This document shows, in pieces, positions 8,528-16,613 of a stretch of DNA of 64,000 nt. The stretch is from Candidatus Dormiibacterota bacterium. GTDB taxonomy: Bacteria > Chloroflexota > Dormibacteria > Aeolococcales > Aeolococcaceae. The stretch covers positions 697,342-761,341 of the forward strand of contig CAVUQX010000005.1 of assembly GCA_963743835.1 (NCBI GenBank), read 5' to 3'. A program made the translations under genes and the position numbers. The notes under the pieces are model-generated. The model was given only the letters and a program-made list of their open reading frames with translations. It had not been told where the DNA came from and ran no database searches. Every line of letters begins with the position of its first letter. Positions within the stretch are counted from its first letter, which is position 1.

Positions 8528-10004
8528 TCATCCTACATCGTCGATGGCGCCGCGCAATGCCGACATGATTCCGCGCACGTGACGCTGCTCCTGTCGCAGG
8601 TTGCCGAAGGCCACGCGAATCGCATAGTCACCGCGCAATTTCGTGTGACTCACGAAGAATTGTCCGGCGGTGTTGATCCGCTCGACAATGCGCTGATTCA
8701 GCGCATTGAGTGTTCCGGGATCGTCGAGTCCCGGAGGATGCGCGCGCAGGCAGACAACGCTCAACGGTGCGGGCGCGAGCAGTTCGAAGTCCGGCTCGCT
8801 GGAGACCCAGCGCGCGAGCGTCGAGGCATACTCGCAGTGCTCACGGATGCGCTGCGCCAGAGCGTCGGTGCCGAAATGACGGATGACCATCCACAGCTTG
8901 AGCGCGCGCATGCGCCGGCCGAGCGACGTGCCGTAATCCATGAGGTTGGGCGCATCCTCATCGGACCCGTCGGTCGTTGTGAGGTACTCGGGGACGATCG
9001 AGAAAGCGTCTCGCAGCACCTCTGGCCGCCGGGTCCACAGCACGCTGCAGTCGATCGGCGTGAAGAGCCACTTGTGCGGGTTGACCACCATCGAGTTCGG
9101 CACGCTCGGCGCCGTCGAGAACCCAGCGCAGCTCGGGCGCGATCGCTGCGACGCCGCCATATGCAGCGTCGACGTGCAGCCACAGCCCGTGCTGCTCGCA
9201 CAGCGCAGCGATCGCGGGGATCGGGTCGACGCTGGTCGTGGAGGTGGTTCCCGCCGTCGCCACGACCGCGAACGGGCGGATTCCGGCCGCGACGTCCTCG
9301 TGAATCGCCTGGCGCAGGGCGACCGGGTCCATGCGAAAGCGCCCGTCCACCGGGATCCGGCGGAGCCCGTCTCTGCCGATGCCGAGCACGATGCCGGCTT
9401 TCTCGACGGATGAGTGAGCCTCGGCCGATGCGTAATACCGCAGGCGGGGCAGGTCGGGGCGGCCGGCCATGCCGAGCTCGCGGATACGAAGATCGCCCTG
9501 CGCCTCCCGTGCCGCGGCGAGTGCGTAGAGCGTGCTCGACGACGCTGTGTCGTTGATGACCCCGAAGAGAGGCTCGGGCAGGCCGACCATCTGGCGGAGC
9601 CAGTCCAGGGTGACCTGCTCGAGCTCGGTTGCCGCCGGCGCCGTACGCCAGAGCATGGCGTTGACGTTGAACGCGGCGGCCAGGGTCTCCCCGAGGATCC
9701 CCGGAGCCGAGCCGGTCGACGCGAAGTAGGCCATGAACCCCGGCGACTGCCAGTGCGTGGTCGCGGGGACGAGCAGGTGCTCGATGTCGGAGAGGATCGC
9801 GTCGATCGGTTCCGAGTGCCGCGGCGGCGAGGCGGGGAGCTCACCGCGCACCGATCCCGGCGCCGCGGGGCTTAAGACCGGGAAGCGTTCGACGTCGCGC
9901 AGATAGTCGGCGGTCCAGTCGGCGACCCGGCGCGCAGCATGCCGGTATGCGTCCGGGTCCATGTCACCGGTGTGCCGGGTGCCGGTCTCGATGTTGCCAG
10001 CCAT
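8528..10004 (-). pseudogene. group II PLP-dependent (aromatic-L-amino-acid/DDC-like) decarboxylase, frameshifted near 9096-9098
   Basis: The N-terminal 2/3 (MAGNIETG...HVDAAYGGVAAIAPELRWVLDGAERA) lies in the frame of ORF 8958..11264. The C-terminal part (SMVVNPHKWLFTPIDCSVLW... with the PLP lysine) lies in ORF 8528..9844. Removing one A from GCCGAACTCG restores GAERADSMVVNPHKW. Length is 3n+1. Confidence 0.8.
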
Positions 10005-10103
10005 GTGGTCGCCAGATCGTGACGCCCGGGTGGGCCTGCGCGCTCGGCGAAAGAGGGCGCCGGTGGCACCGAGGTCCCCGGTGGACAGCGCTAGACTGAC
10101 AAC

Positions 10104-11684
10104 GTGACCGCATCCCTGACCGTCGCCGACGTGATGCACAAGCCGGCGGTGGTGGTGCCGACCTCGATCACCCTCGCAGAGGCCTCGGTGATCCTGGACG
10201 GCGCAAACGTTGGCGCAGCGGCGGTCCTCGATCCGCAGGGCAGGCTCCGCGGGATGATCAGCGAGCGAGACCTTCTGCGTTCGGTCGGCCACGGCATCGA
10301 CCCCGCCACCGCCCAGGTCGAGGAGGTCATGACCAAGAATCCGGTCACCGTGTCGGTATCGGACACGGTTGAGAAGGGTCTCGAGGTCTTCAGGGAGCGT
10401 CGGTTCCGACACCTCCCCGTCATGGACGGTGAGCGTGTCGCCGGCATCCTCTCCATCCGCCACGTGGTGCGGGTTGCGCACATCGAGGAGGTGCAGCCGG
10501 CAGGGTCGGCTCCGCCAGGCCTTGCGCCCCGGGGGCTCGAGGGCGTCGCCGTCGCTGAAACGTCGGTCGGCGACGTGCGCGGCGAGGAGGGCTTCTTCCA
10601 CTACCGCGGCTACAACGCCGTGGAACTGGCCCGCCGCTGCTCCTTCGAGCAGGTCTGGCATCTGCTCGTCGAGGGCGAGCTGCCCGACGACGTCCAGCTC
10701 AAAGCTTTCCACAGCCTCGCCGTCGAGGCGCGTTCCCTGCCGGCCCCGGTCGCCGACATGCTCCCGCGGATAGCAGCGCTCCCCGGCTACACGCCGCTGA
10801 TGGCGCTGCGCTCGGCCGTGTCGATCGCGGGGGCGGCGCTCGAGCAGAAGCCGACTCTCGACATCCCCGCGGACGAGGTTCGCCGCGAGTGCCTGAAGAT
10901 GGCCTCGATCGTCCCGGTGCTGCTCATGCGCCTGCACCGGCATCACCTTGGTCTCGAGCCCGTCGAGCCCGACGCGGACCTCGGCTACGTGGGCGCGTAC
11001 ATCCAGATGCTCACCGGCGAGCGCCCCAGCCAGCGGGCGATTCGTGCGCTTGAGCAGTATCTGATCCTCACCATGGACCACGGCTTCAACTCGTCGACCT
11101 TCACCGCACGGGTGATCACCTCGACAGGGTCGGATATCGGATCCGCGCTGACGGGAGCGATCGGTGCCCTGGCCGGCCCACTGCATGGCGGCGCGCCGTC
11201 GCGTGCGCTGGCGATGCTCGATGCGATCGGCACACCCGACAAGGCGGAGGAGTATCTGCGTCACGAGATCTCATCCGGGGAACGTCTGATGGGCTTTGGA
11301 CACCGCGTGTACAAGACCGACGATCCTCGTTCGACCCTGCTGCGTGACGTCGCCATCGAGCTGGGTGGTCCCCAGGCGGAATTCGCCGTCCAGGTCGAGC
11401 AGACCGCGCTCCGCGTGCTCAACGAGCTCAAGCCCGGTCGCCGTCTGTATACCAACGTCGAGTTCTACGCGGGCGTGGTGATGAACAGCGTCGGCATTCC
11501 GCCCGACATGTTCACCCCGACATTCGCGTCGAGCCGGACGGTCGGCTGGACCGCGGCGATCGCGGAACAGGCTGCCAACAACCGGCTCATCCGGCCGTCA
11601 GCGCTCTACGTCGGACCCCAGCCGCCGCGGCCGCTCCCCGATGGGTATGGAGCCGCGCTCAAGGATGCTGAACTCGCGCGCTGA
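10104..11684 (+). CDS. CBS-pair domain fused to citrate synthase
   Basis: Residues 1-130 form a tandem CBS pair (VMHKPAVVVPTS..., VMTKNPVTVSVSD...RHLPVMDGERVAGILSIRHVV). Residues from about 150 to 526 are citrate synthase, with signature GFGHRVYKTDDPRS. Confidence 0.85.
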   Translation: MTASLTVADVMHKPAVVVPTSITLAEASVILDGANVGAAAVLDPQGRLRGMISERDLLRSVGHGIDPATAQVEEVMTKNPVTVSVSDTVEKGLEVFRERRFRHLPVMDGERVAGILSIRHVVRVAHIEEVQPAGSAPPGLAPRGLEGVAVAETSVGDVRGEEGFFHYRGYNAVELARRCSFEQVWHLLVEGELPDDVQLKAFHSLAVEARSLPAPVADMLPRIAALPGYTPLMALRSAVSIAGAALEQKPTLDIPADEVRRECLKMASIVPVLLMRLHRHHLGLEPVEPDADLGYVGAYIQMLTGERPSQRAIRALEQYLILTMDHGFNSSTFTARVITSTGSDIGSALTGAIGALAGPLHGGAPSRALAMLDAIGTPDKAEEYLRHEISSGERLMGFGHRVYKTDDPRSTLLRDVAIELGGPQAEFAVQVEQTALRVLNELKPGRRLYTNVEFYAGVVMNSVGIPPDMFTPTFASSRTVGWTAAIAEQAANNRLIRPSALYVGPQPPRPLPDGYGAALKDAELAR

Positions 11685-11781
11685 TCTCGCGGTAACGCCT
11701 GGGTAACACTCGCCATTTTGCTGGCAGTGAACGAAACAACCTCGTGACCCAACCACAACGCGTGGTCGCGGCGTGTGACCG

Positions 11782-12006
11782 ATGCTCTTCGACATGATCC
11801 CGGCATTTTTCCCCGCGTTGGTAGCCCTGGTGAGGTCGTGGACCGTTCCCACCAGCCGGCGGCGCGATGACGAACGTGGTCAGGGGCTCGTCGAGTACGG
11901 GCTGATCTTGATCCTGATCGCGATCGCCGTCATCGTCGTTGTCGGCGCCGTCGGCCACCAGGCAAACAACGTCTTCTCGAACGTCGCCAACGGCCTGAAC
12001 GCTTAG
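11782..12006 (+). CDS. flp: Flp/Fap-family type IVb pilin
   Basis: C-terminal 50 aa, DERGQGLVEYGLILILIAIAVIVVVGAVGHQANNVFSNVANGLNA, match the Flp G/EY processing motif plus hydrophobic helix. The true start is probably downstream of 11782. Confidence 0.7.
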   Translation: MLFDMIPAFFPALVALVRSWTVPTSRRRDDERGQGLVEYGLILILIAIAVIVVVGAVGHQANNVFSNVANGLNA

Positions 12007-12014
12007 CGCGACGC

Positions 12015-12041
12015 GCGATCCCGCGCCAACGCAGGGATCGC
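12015..12041 (+). terminator. GC-rich stem-loop 9 nt after the flp stop
   Basis: GCGATCCC(GCG)-CCAA-(CGC)A-GGGATCGC. An 8-bp stem extendable to 11 bp. No U-tract. Confidence 0.4.
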
Positions 12042-12081
12042 CGTCTCGCACCGAGGGCCGGTACCGTGGCGTTTCGTAAGG

Positions 12082-12735
12082 TTGCGCCCAGTGGAGGCCC
12101 CACCCGCAGCTGACGAGGACGTGAGCCCGCACGATCGTGCGCCCTCAGGCGCCGGACTAGCCGGGGTGATCCTCTGCGGGGGTCGCAGCTCGCGCATGGG
12201 TGTCGACAAGGCGACGATCCGTTTCGAGGGAATGACGCTGCTCGAGCGTGCGGTCGCGCGGCTCGACGCGGTGTGCGACCCGGTGCTCATCGCGCCGGGG
12301 GGAACGTCAGCGACAATGCCGGGCCGCCAGGCGATCGCGGATGCGTCGGCCAACGCGGGACCGCTGGGCGGAGTCGTGGCAGCGCTGCGCTACTCCCCGC
12401 ATCGGCTCCTGGCGGTCGTTGCCGTCGACCTCCCCTGGGTGGATCCGGGGCTGATCAGGATGCTGGCGGATCTCATCGGTGATCGCGACGTCGCGCTGTG
12501 CGAGACCCGGGGCGGTTTCGAGCCGCTCCACGCCGTCTACTCGACGACGCTCCTCGCGGCCGCTGAGACTGCGCTGGCCGGCCCCAACCGATCGCTCCGG
12601 CGGCTCATCGGTACGGCGAAGGCGCTGCGTGTTCCGGAAAGCGAGTGGCGCGGCGCAGGCTTCTCCGAGCGGTTCGCGCTCAACATCAACACACCCGAGG
12701 ACCTGGCTGAGATCAGCCGGCAGGCTCGCCGATGA
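12082..12735 (+). CDS. mobA: molybdenum cofactor guanylyltransferase
   Basis: LAGVILCGGRSSRMGVDKATIRFEGMTLLERAV nucleotide-binding N-terminus. The start may be GTG 12121. Confidence 0.8.
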   Translation: MRPVEAPPAADEDVSPHDRAPSGAGLAGVILCGGRSSRMGVDKATIRFEGMTLLERAVARLDAVCDPVLIAPGGTSATMPGRQAIADASANAGPLGGVVAALRYSPHRLLAVVAVDLPWVDPGLIRMLADLIGDRDVALCETRGGFEPLHAVYSTTLLAAAETALAGPNRSLRRLIGTAKALRVPESEWRGAGFSERFALNINTPEDLAEISRQARR

Positions 12736-13027
12736 TCGATGTCACCACGGATGCGGCCTGCTCGATCGCATCGCGCTGCGACATCCCGGATCGCATCGCC
12801 TCCTGGACGAAGCGACCGATGAGATAAGCGGCGAGCGGTGCGTTCTGCCGCTCGGTCGCGTGCGCGACATCCCGTGCGATCCGAAGCAGACGCGCCCGGA
12901 CGGCGAGATCCATCGGCTCCAGCGCGCCGGTGCCGTCGCCGGCGGCGCTCAATCGCGACGCCAGCTCACGTAGCACGTCGCTGTCGCCGGGGGCTTCCCT
13001 CATGACGCCATGATCGTGCCCCGACAC
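12713..13027 (-). CDS. small helical protein (DUF6457-like) often found next to mobA/fdhD
   Basis: 104-aa ORF with LLRIARDVAHATERQNAPLAAYLIG. Family assignment is from memory only. Confidence 0.4.
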   Translation of the reverse strand: MSGHDHGVMREAPGDSDVLRELASRLSAAGDGTGALEPMDLAVRARLLRIARDVAHATERQNAPLAAYLIGRFVQEAMRSGMSQRDAIEQAASVVTSIIGEPAG

Positions 13028-13035
13028 CCTCGAGC

Positions 13036-13878
13036 GTGCACGTCGCTATCGTGGTCCGGATGACCGTGCGCCACAGGCGTGTGATGCAGGTTGCGGCCGG
13101 CGGCGCCGTGACCTGGCGGAGTGACGACGTCAGCACCGAGGAGCCACTCGAGATCCGGATCGGCGAGGTCTCGCTCTCGGTCACGATGCGCACGCCCTGC
13201 GACGACTTCGACCTCGTCGCCGGCTTCCTCATCACCGAGGGCATCATTCGTGAGTCGGGTGAGATCGCTTCGATGCGGATGTGTCCGGACGCTGCGGCTG
13301 CGACCGGGGAGTTGAACATCGTCGAGGTCACACTGGCCGCCGCCGCATCGCCCCGCGACGTCACGCCGCGTGCCTTCTACATGACCTCGTCATGCGGCAT
13401 GTGCGGCAAGGCGAGCATCGAGGCGGTGCGTACCAGCTCGAGATACGACGTGGCCGGCGATCCGCTTCGGGTCTCACCGGCGCTCCTGCTCGGTCTCCCC
13501 GCGCTGCAGCGCTCCGCGCAACGACAGTTCGCACGCACCGGTGGGCTGCACGCCGCGGCACTCTTCGACGGTGCCGGAGCGTTGCTCTGTCTGCGCGAGG
13601 ATGTCGGACGCCACAACGCGTTCGACAAGGTGATCGGCTGGGCGGCGACGCAGGGACTGTTGCCGCTTCGATCGCACATCATCCTTGCGTCGGGCCGGGC
13701 CAGCTTCGAGTTGACGCAGAAGGCGTTGATGGCGGGGATTCCATTGCTGGCGGCCGTTTCCGCCCCATCCAGCCTCGCCGTCGAGCTCGCCTCCGATTCC
13801 GGAATGACCTTGGTAGGCTTCCTGCGGGGTGAGCAGATGAACGTCTACGCCGGACACGAGCGGATCATCCGCGAGTGA
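13036..13878 (+). CDS. fdhD: FdhD-type sulfurtransferase (formate dehydrogenase accessory protein family)
   Basis: EEPLEIRIGE, MRTPCDDFDLVAGFLITEGII, SSCGMCGKASIEAV, EDVGRHNAFDKVIGWA. Confidence 0.85.
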   Translation: MHVAIVVRMTVRHRRVMQVAAGGAVTWRSDDVSTEEPLEIRIGEVSLSVTMRTPCDDFDLVAGFLITEGIIRESGEIASMRMCPDAAAATGELNIVEVTLAAAASPRDVTPRAFYMTSSCGMCGKASIEAVRTSSRYDVAGDPLRVSPALLLGLPALQRSAQRQFARTGGLHAAALFDGAGALLCLREDVGRHNAFDKVIGWAATQGLLPLRSHIILASGRASFELTQKALMAGIPLLAAVSAPSSLAVELASDSGMTLVGFLRGEQMNVYAGHERIIRE

Positions 13879-14399
13879 CCGATGTAGCGAGCGACGCCCA
13901 CCGCTGGCGCACCGCCGAGATCACCGTGAGTGACAGCCGCTGGGGAGTCGATGCCGATGATCGCAGCGGCGACGTCATCGTGGCTCGATTCGCGTTGCTT
14001 CCCTCCGACGTGGTCGCGCGCGAGAGCGTGCCTGACGACATCGAGTCGATCCGTGCGGCGGTCCGGCGATGCGCAGAGCACGCCGACCTTCTCATCCTCA
14101 CCGGGGGGACTGGACTCGGCCCTCGGGATGTGACCCCGCAGGCGGTGCAGCCGATGTTGGATTACGAGGTGCCCGGATTGGCCGAGGTGATGCGCCACGA
14201 GGGGCTCAAATCGACGCCACACGCGATGCTGTCCCGTCAGGTCGCCGGTGTCACCGCGAACTGTCTTGTGCTGACCCTGCCCGGGAGTCCCAACGCCGTT
14301 GCCGAATGCCTTGATGCGGTGTGGTCGGCGCTGCCCCATGCACTGGCCCTCATCTCCGGCAACACCCGTCACCCTGAGCAGTCGACGCCGGCGGGTTAG
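13875..14399 (+). CDS. moaB: MogA/MoaB-family molybdopterin adenylyltransferase
   Basis: LILTGGTGLGPRDVTPQAV and LTLPGSPNAVAECL motifs. Start overlaps the fdhD stop. Confidence 0.8.
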   Translation: MTDVASDAHRWRTAEITVSDSRWGVDADDRSGDVIVARFALLPSDVVARESVPDDIESIRAAVRRCAEHADLLILTGGTGLGPRDVTPQAVQPMLDYEVPGLAEVMRHEGLKSTPHAMLSRQVAGVTANCLVLTLPGSPNAVAECLDAVWSALPHALALISGNTRHPEQSTPAG

Positions 14400-14890
14400 C
14401 CCGTCTCGGGCCGGTCGAGCGATCCGCTCCGGCCGCCCTCCTTGTGCACCAGGGTCACGTCGGTGATCGTCGCCCAGTGGTCGACCGCCTTGATCATGTC
14501 GATCACCGTGAGCCCGGCGATGGCGACGGCGGTCAGCGCCTCCATCTCGACACCGGTCGGGCCCTCGACGCGCGCAGTCGCCTCGATTGCCACGCCCGGC
14601 GTATCGGACATGTCGACGCGCAGGTCCACCTCGACGTGGCGGAGCGCAAGCGGATGGCAGAGCGGGATCAGATCCGAGGTGCGCTTGGCGCCCATGATGC
14701 CGGCGAGACGCGCAGTGTCGAGCACGCTCCCCTTGGCGATGACATCTCCGGCGATTCGCCGCGCGGCCTCGGCGCTGCAGTTGACCCGACCTCGCGCTGT
14801 CGCGGTGCGCTGCGTCACCTCCTTGTCGCTGATGTCGACCATGCGCGCGCGGCCGGTTTCATCCACATGGGTGAGACGCTTCTCGGTCAT
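14396..14890 (-). CDS. moaC: cyclic pyranopterin monophosphate synthase
   Basis: MTEKRLTHVDETGRARMVDISDK..., LIPLCHPL, TGVEMEALTAVAIAGLTVIDM. ATG 14890 overlaps the stop of the upstream gene (ATGA). Confidence 0.85.
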   Translation of the reverse strand: MTEKRLTHVDETGRARMVDISDKEVTQRTATARGRVNCSAEAARRIAGDVIAKGSVLDTARLAGIMGAKRTSDLIPLCHPLALRHVEVDLRVDMSDTPGVAIEATARVEGPTGVEMEALTAVAIAGLTVIDMIKAVDHWATITDVTLVHKEGGRSGSLDRPETG

Positions 14891-15579
14891 GAGCCGGCCT
14901 CGTGCGCTGAGGGATGGCGGGCATCGACCCAGATGGCACCATCCGGTCGGTGCTCGCGTTTCCACACCGGCACGGTCGCCTTGATCAGTTCCAGGGCCTC
15001 CTGGCACGCGGGAAATGCCGAGTCCCGATGCGGAGCGGCGACCACCACGACGACGCTCGCATCGCCGATGAGCAGGGCGCCGACCCGGTGAACGATGGTG
15101 ATGGTGCTGATTCCCCGACGCGCCAGCAGCTCGTCGCCGATGCGGCGCATCTCAGCCTCCGCCATCTCGGCATACGCCTCGTAGTCCATGCGCTGCACGG
15201 CAACGCCGTCATTGTGGTCGCGCACCCGGCCGATGAACGTCGCAACCGCGCCGTCGCGCGAGGTCCCCGAACTTGCGATCACCGACGCGATGTCGATGGG
15301 AGCGTCGGTGATCCACACCCGCACCGGCGATGCGTCATCGCTTCCGCCCGCAACAGGGGGGATGAAGGCGACCGTGTCCCCGTCGTGAACCACGGTGTCC
15401 CACTCGCAGTAGCCGAGGTTGCGCGCCACGCGAATCGACCCTGTGTCGACCGCCGCTGCGGGGTGCCGGCGCACCAACTCGTCCCACACCTCCTGCACCG
15501 TGCCGCCCGCCACACGGATCTCGCGCACGCCGACGCGCTCGCGCAGCGGTCCGAAGACCAGCACGGTGATGTCGTCCAT
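14887..15579 (-). CDS. fused MoaD-MoaE molybdopterin synthase (MoaX-like)
   Basis: The first 79 aa are MoaD, ending ...DTVAFIPPVAGG, and run directly into MoaE (GAVATFIGRVRDHNDG ... VAAPHRDSAFPACQEALELIKATVPVWKRE). Confidence 0.8.
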   Translation of the reverse strand: MDDITVLVFGPLRERVGVREIRVAGGTVQEVWDELVRRHPAAAVDTGSIRVARNLGYCEWDTVVHDGDTVAFIPPVAGGSDDASPVRVWITDAPIDIASVIASSGTSRDGAVATFIGRVRDHNDGVAVQRMDYEAYAEMAEAEMRRIGDELLARRGISTITIVHRVGALLIGDASVVVVVAAPHRDSAFPACQEALELIKATVPVWKREHRPDGAIWVDARHPSAHEAGS

Positions 15580-15581
15580 GG

Positions 15582-16613
15582 TCAGCCGCCGATGTACGAC
15601 ATCTCGATGCGCTCGCCCGCGGCGACGCCGAGACCGCGCAGCTCGGAATAGCGATCGTCGCGACGCTTCCACCGGCCCGCGACGATCCGCCGCAGCGTGT
15701 CGTCATCGGCGCCGGCGCGCAGCGGTTCGCGCAGGTCGATGCCCGAGGTTGCGAAGAGGCACGTGTAGAGCTTGCCGTCGACGCCGAGCCGCGCGCGAGT
15801 GCAGTCGCCACAGAAGGGGCGGCTCACCGAGGTGATCACCCCCAGGTCGCCGGCGCCATCGACGAATCGATAGGTGCGCGCGACGGCGCTCGGATCGGGG
15901 TCCTCGTCGGACAGCGGGTACACCTGACGAACGCGTTCGAGGATCTCGTCGCCGCTGACCACGTCGGCCATGCGCCATCCGTTGGTTGAGCCGACATCCA
16001 TGAACTCGATGCAGCGCAGGCTCAGTCCCTCGCGCCGCGCGAAGTCCACGAGGTCGAGCAGGCCGTCCTCATTGACACCGCGCTGCACGACACAGTTCAG
16101 CTTGATGGGCTCGAGCCCCGCTTCGCGCGCGGCGGCGATCCCGTCGAGCACCTCGCTCAGCTCGACGCGCAAGTCACTCATCGCCGAGAAGACGCTGGGA
16201 TCGAGCAAGTCGAGGCTCACCGTCACGCGATGGAGACCCGCATCGCGGAGGCGAACCGCCTGACGGCGGAGCAGCGCTCCGTTGGTGGTCAGCGCGATGT
16301 CGGGCACGCCGAGACGCGCAATGCCCTCGATGATGTCGACGAGGTCGGGACGGAGCAGCGGCTCTCCGCCGGTGAGGCGGATCTTGGTCACACCGAGCGA
16401 CGCGAAGACTCCCGCGAGACGGACGATCTCTTTCGCGTCGAGCGCTTCGGCTCGCGGCAGGAAATGGTGCCCCGGGCCGAACCGCGCCTTTGGCATGCAG
16501 TACGGACAGCGAAAGTTGCAGCGGTCGGTGACCGAGATGCGCACATCGAGCAGCGAACGACCCAGGAGGTCAGGATTTGCGGTCACGGCCGGCAGGGCGG
16601 AAACGGCTGTCAT
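15582..16613 (-). CDS. moaA: GTP 3',8-cyclase (radical SAM)
   Basis: ISVTDRCNFRCPYCMP cluster motif, GGEPLLRPD, C-terminal CGDCTRARL. Confidence 0.9.
   Translation of the reverse strand: MTAVSALPAVTANPDLLGRSLLDVRISVTDRCNFRCPYCMPKARFGPGHHFLPRAEALDAKEIVRLAGVFASLGVTKIRLTGGEPLLRPDLVDIIEGIARLGVPDIALTTNGALLRRQAVRLRDAGLHRVTVSLDLLDPSVFSAMSDLRVELSEVLDGIAAAREAGLEPIKLNCVVQRGVNEDGLLDLVDFARREGLSLRCIEFMDVGSTNGWRMADVVSGDEILERVRQVYPLSDEDPDPSAVARTYRFVDGAGDLGVITSVSRPFCGDCTRARLGVDGKLYTCLFATSGIDLREPLRAGADDDTLRRIVAGRWKRRDDRYSELRGLGVAAGERIEMSYIGG

Noticed and set aside
7619-9556. 645-aa ORF on the plus strand
   Set aside because: It is antisense to the 383-aa gene and the decarboxylase. Its composition is Arg/Pro/Ala-rich and its tail is nonsense, whereas the opposite strand carries clear PLP-decarboxylase motifs.
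10005-11264. Upstream 420 codons of the 768-aa minus-strand ORF 8958..11264
   Set aside because: It is antisense to the CBS-citrate synthase gene. Only the part from Met-421 (10004) downward is decarboxylase-like.
11700-11781. Sigma-54 promoter upstream of flp (TGGCAG at about 11723)
   Set aside because: The required TTGC element is absent at the N5 spacing.
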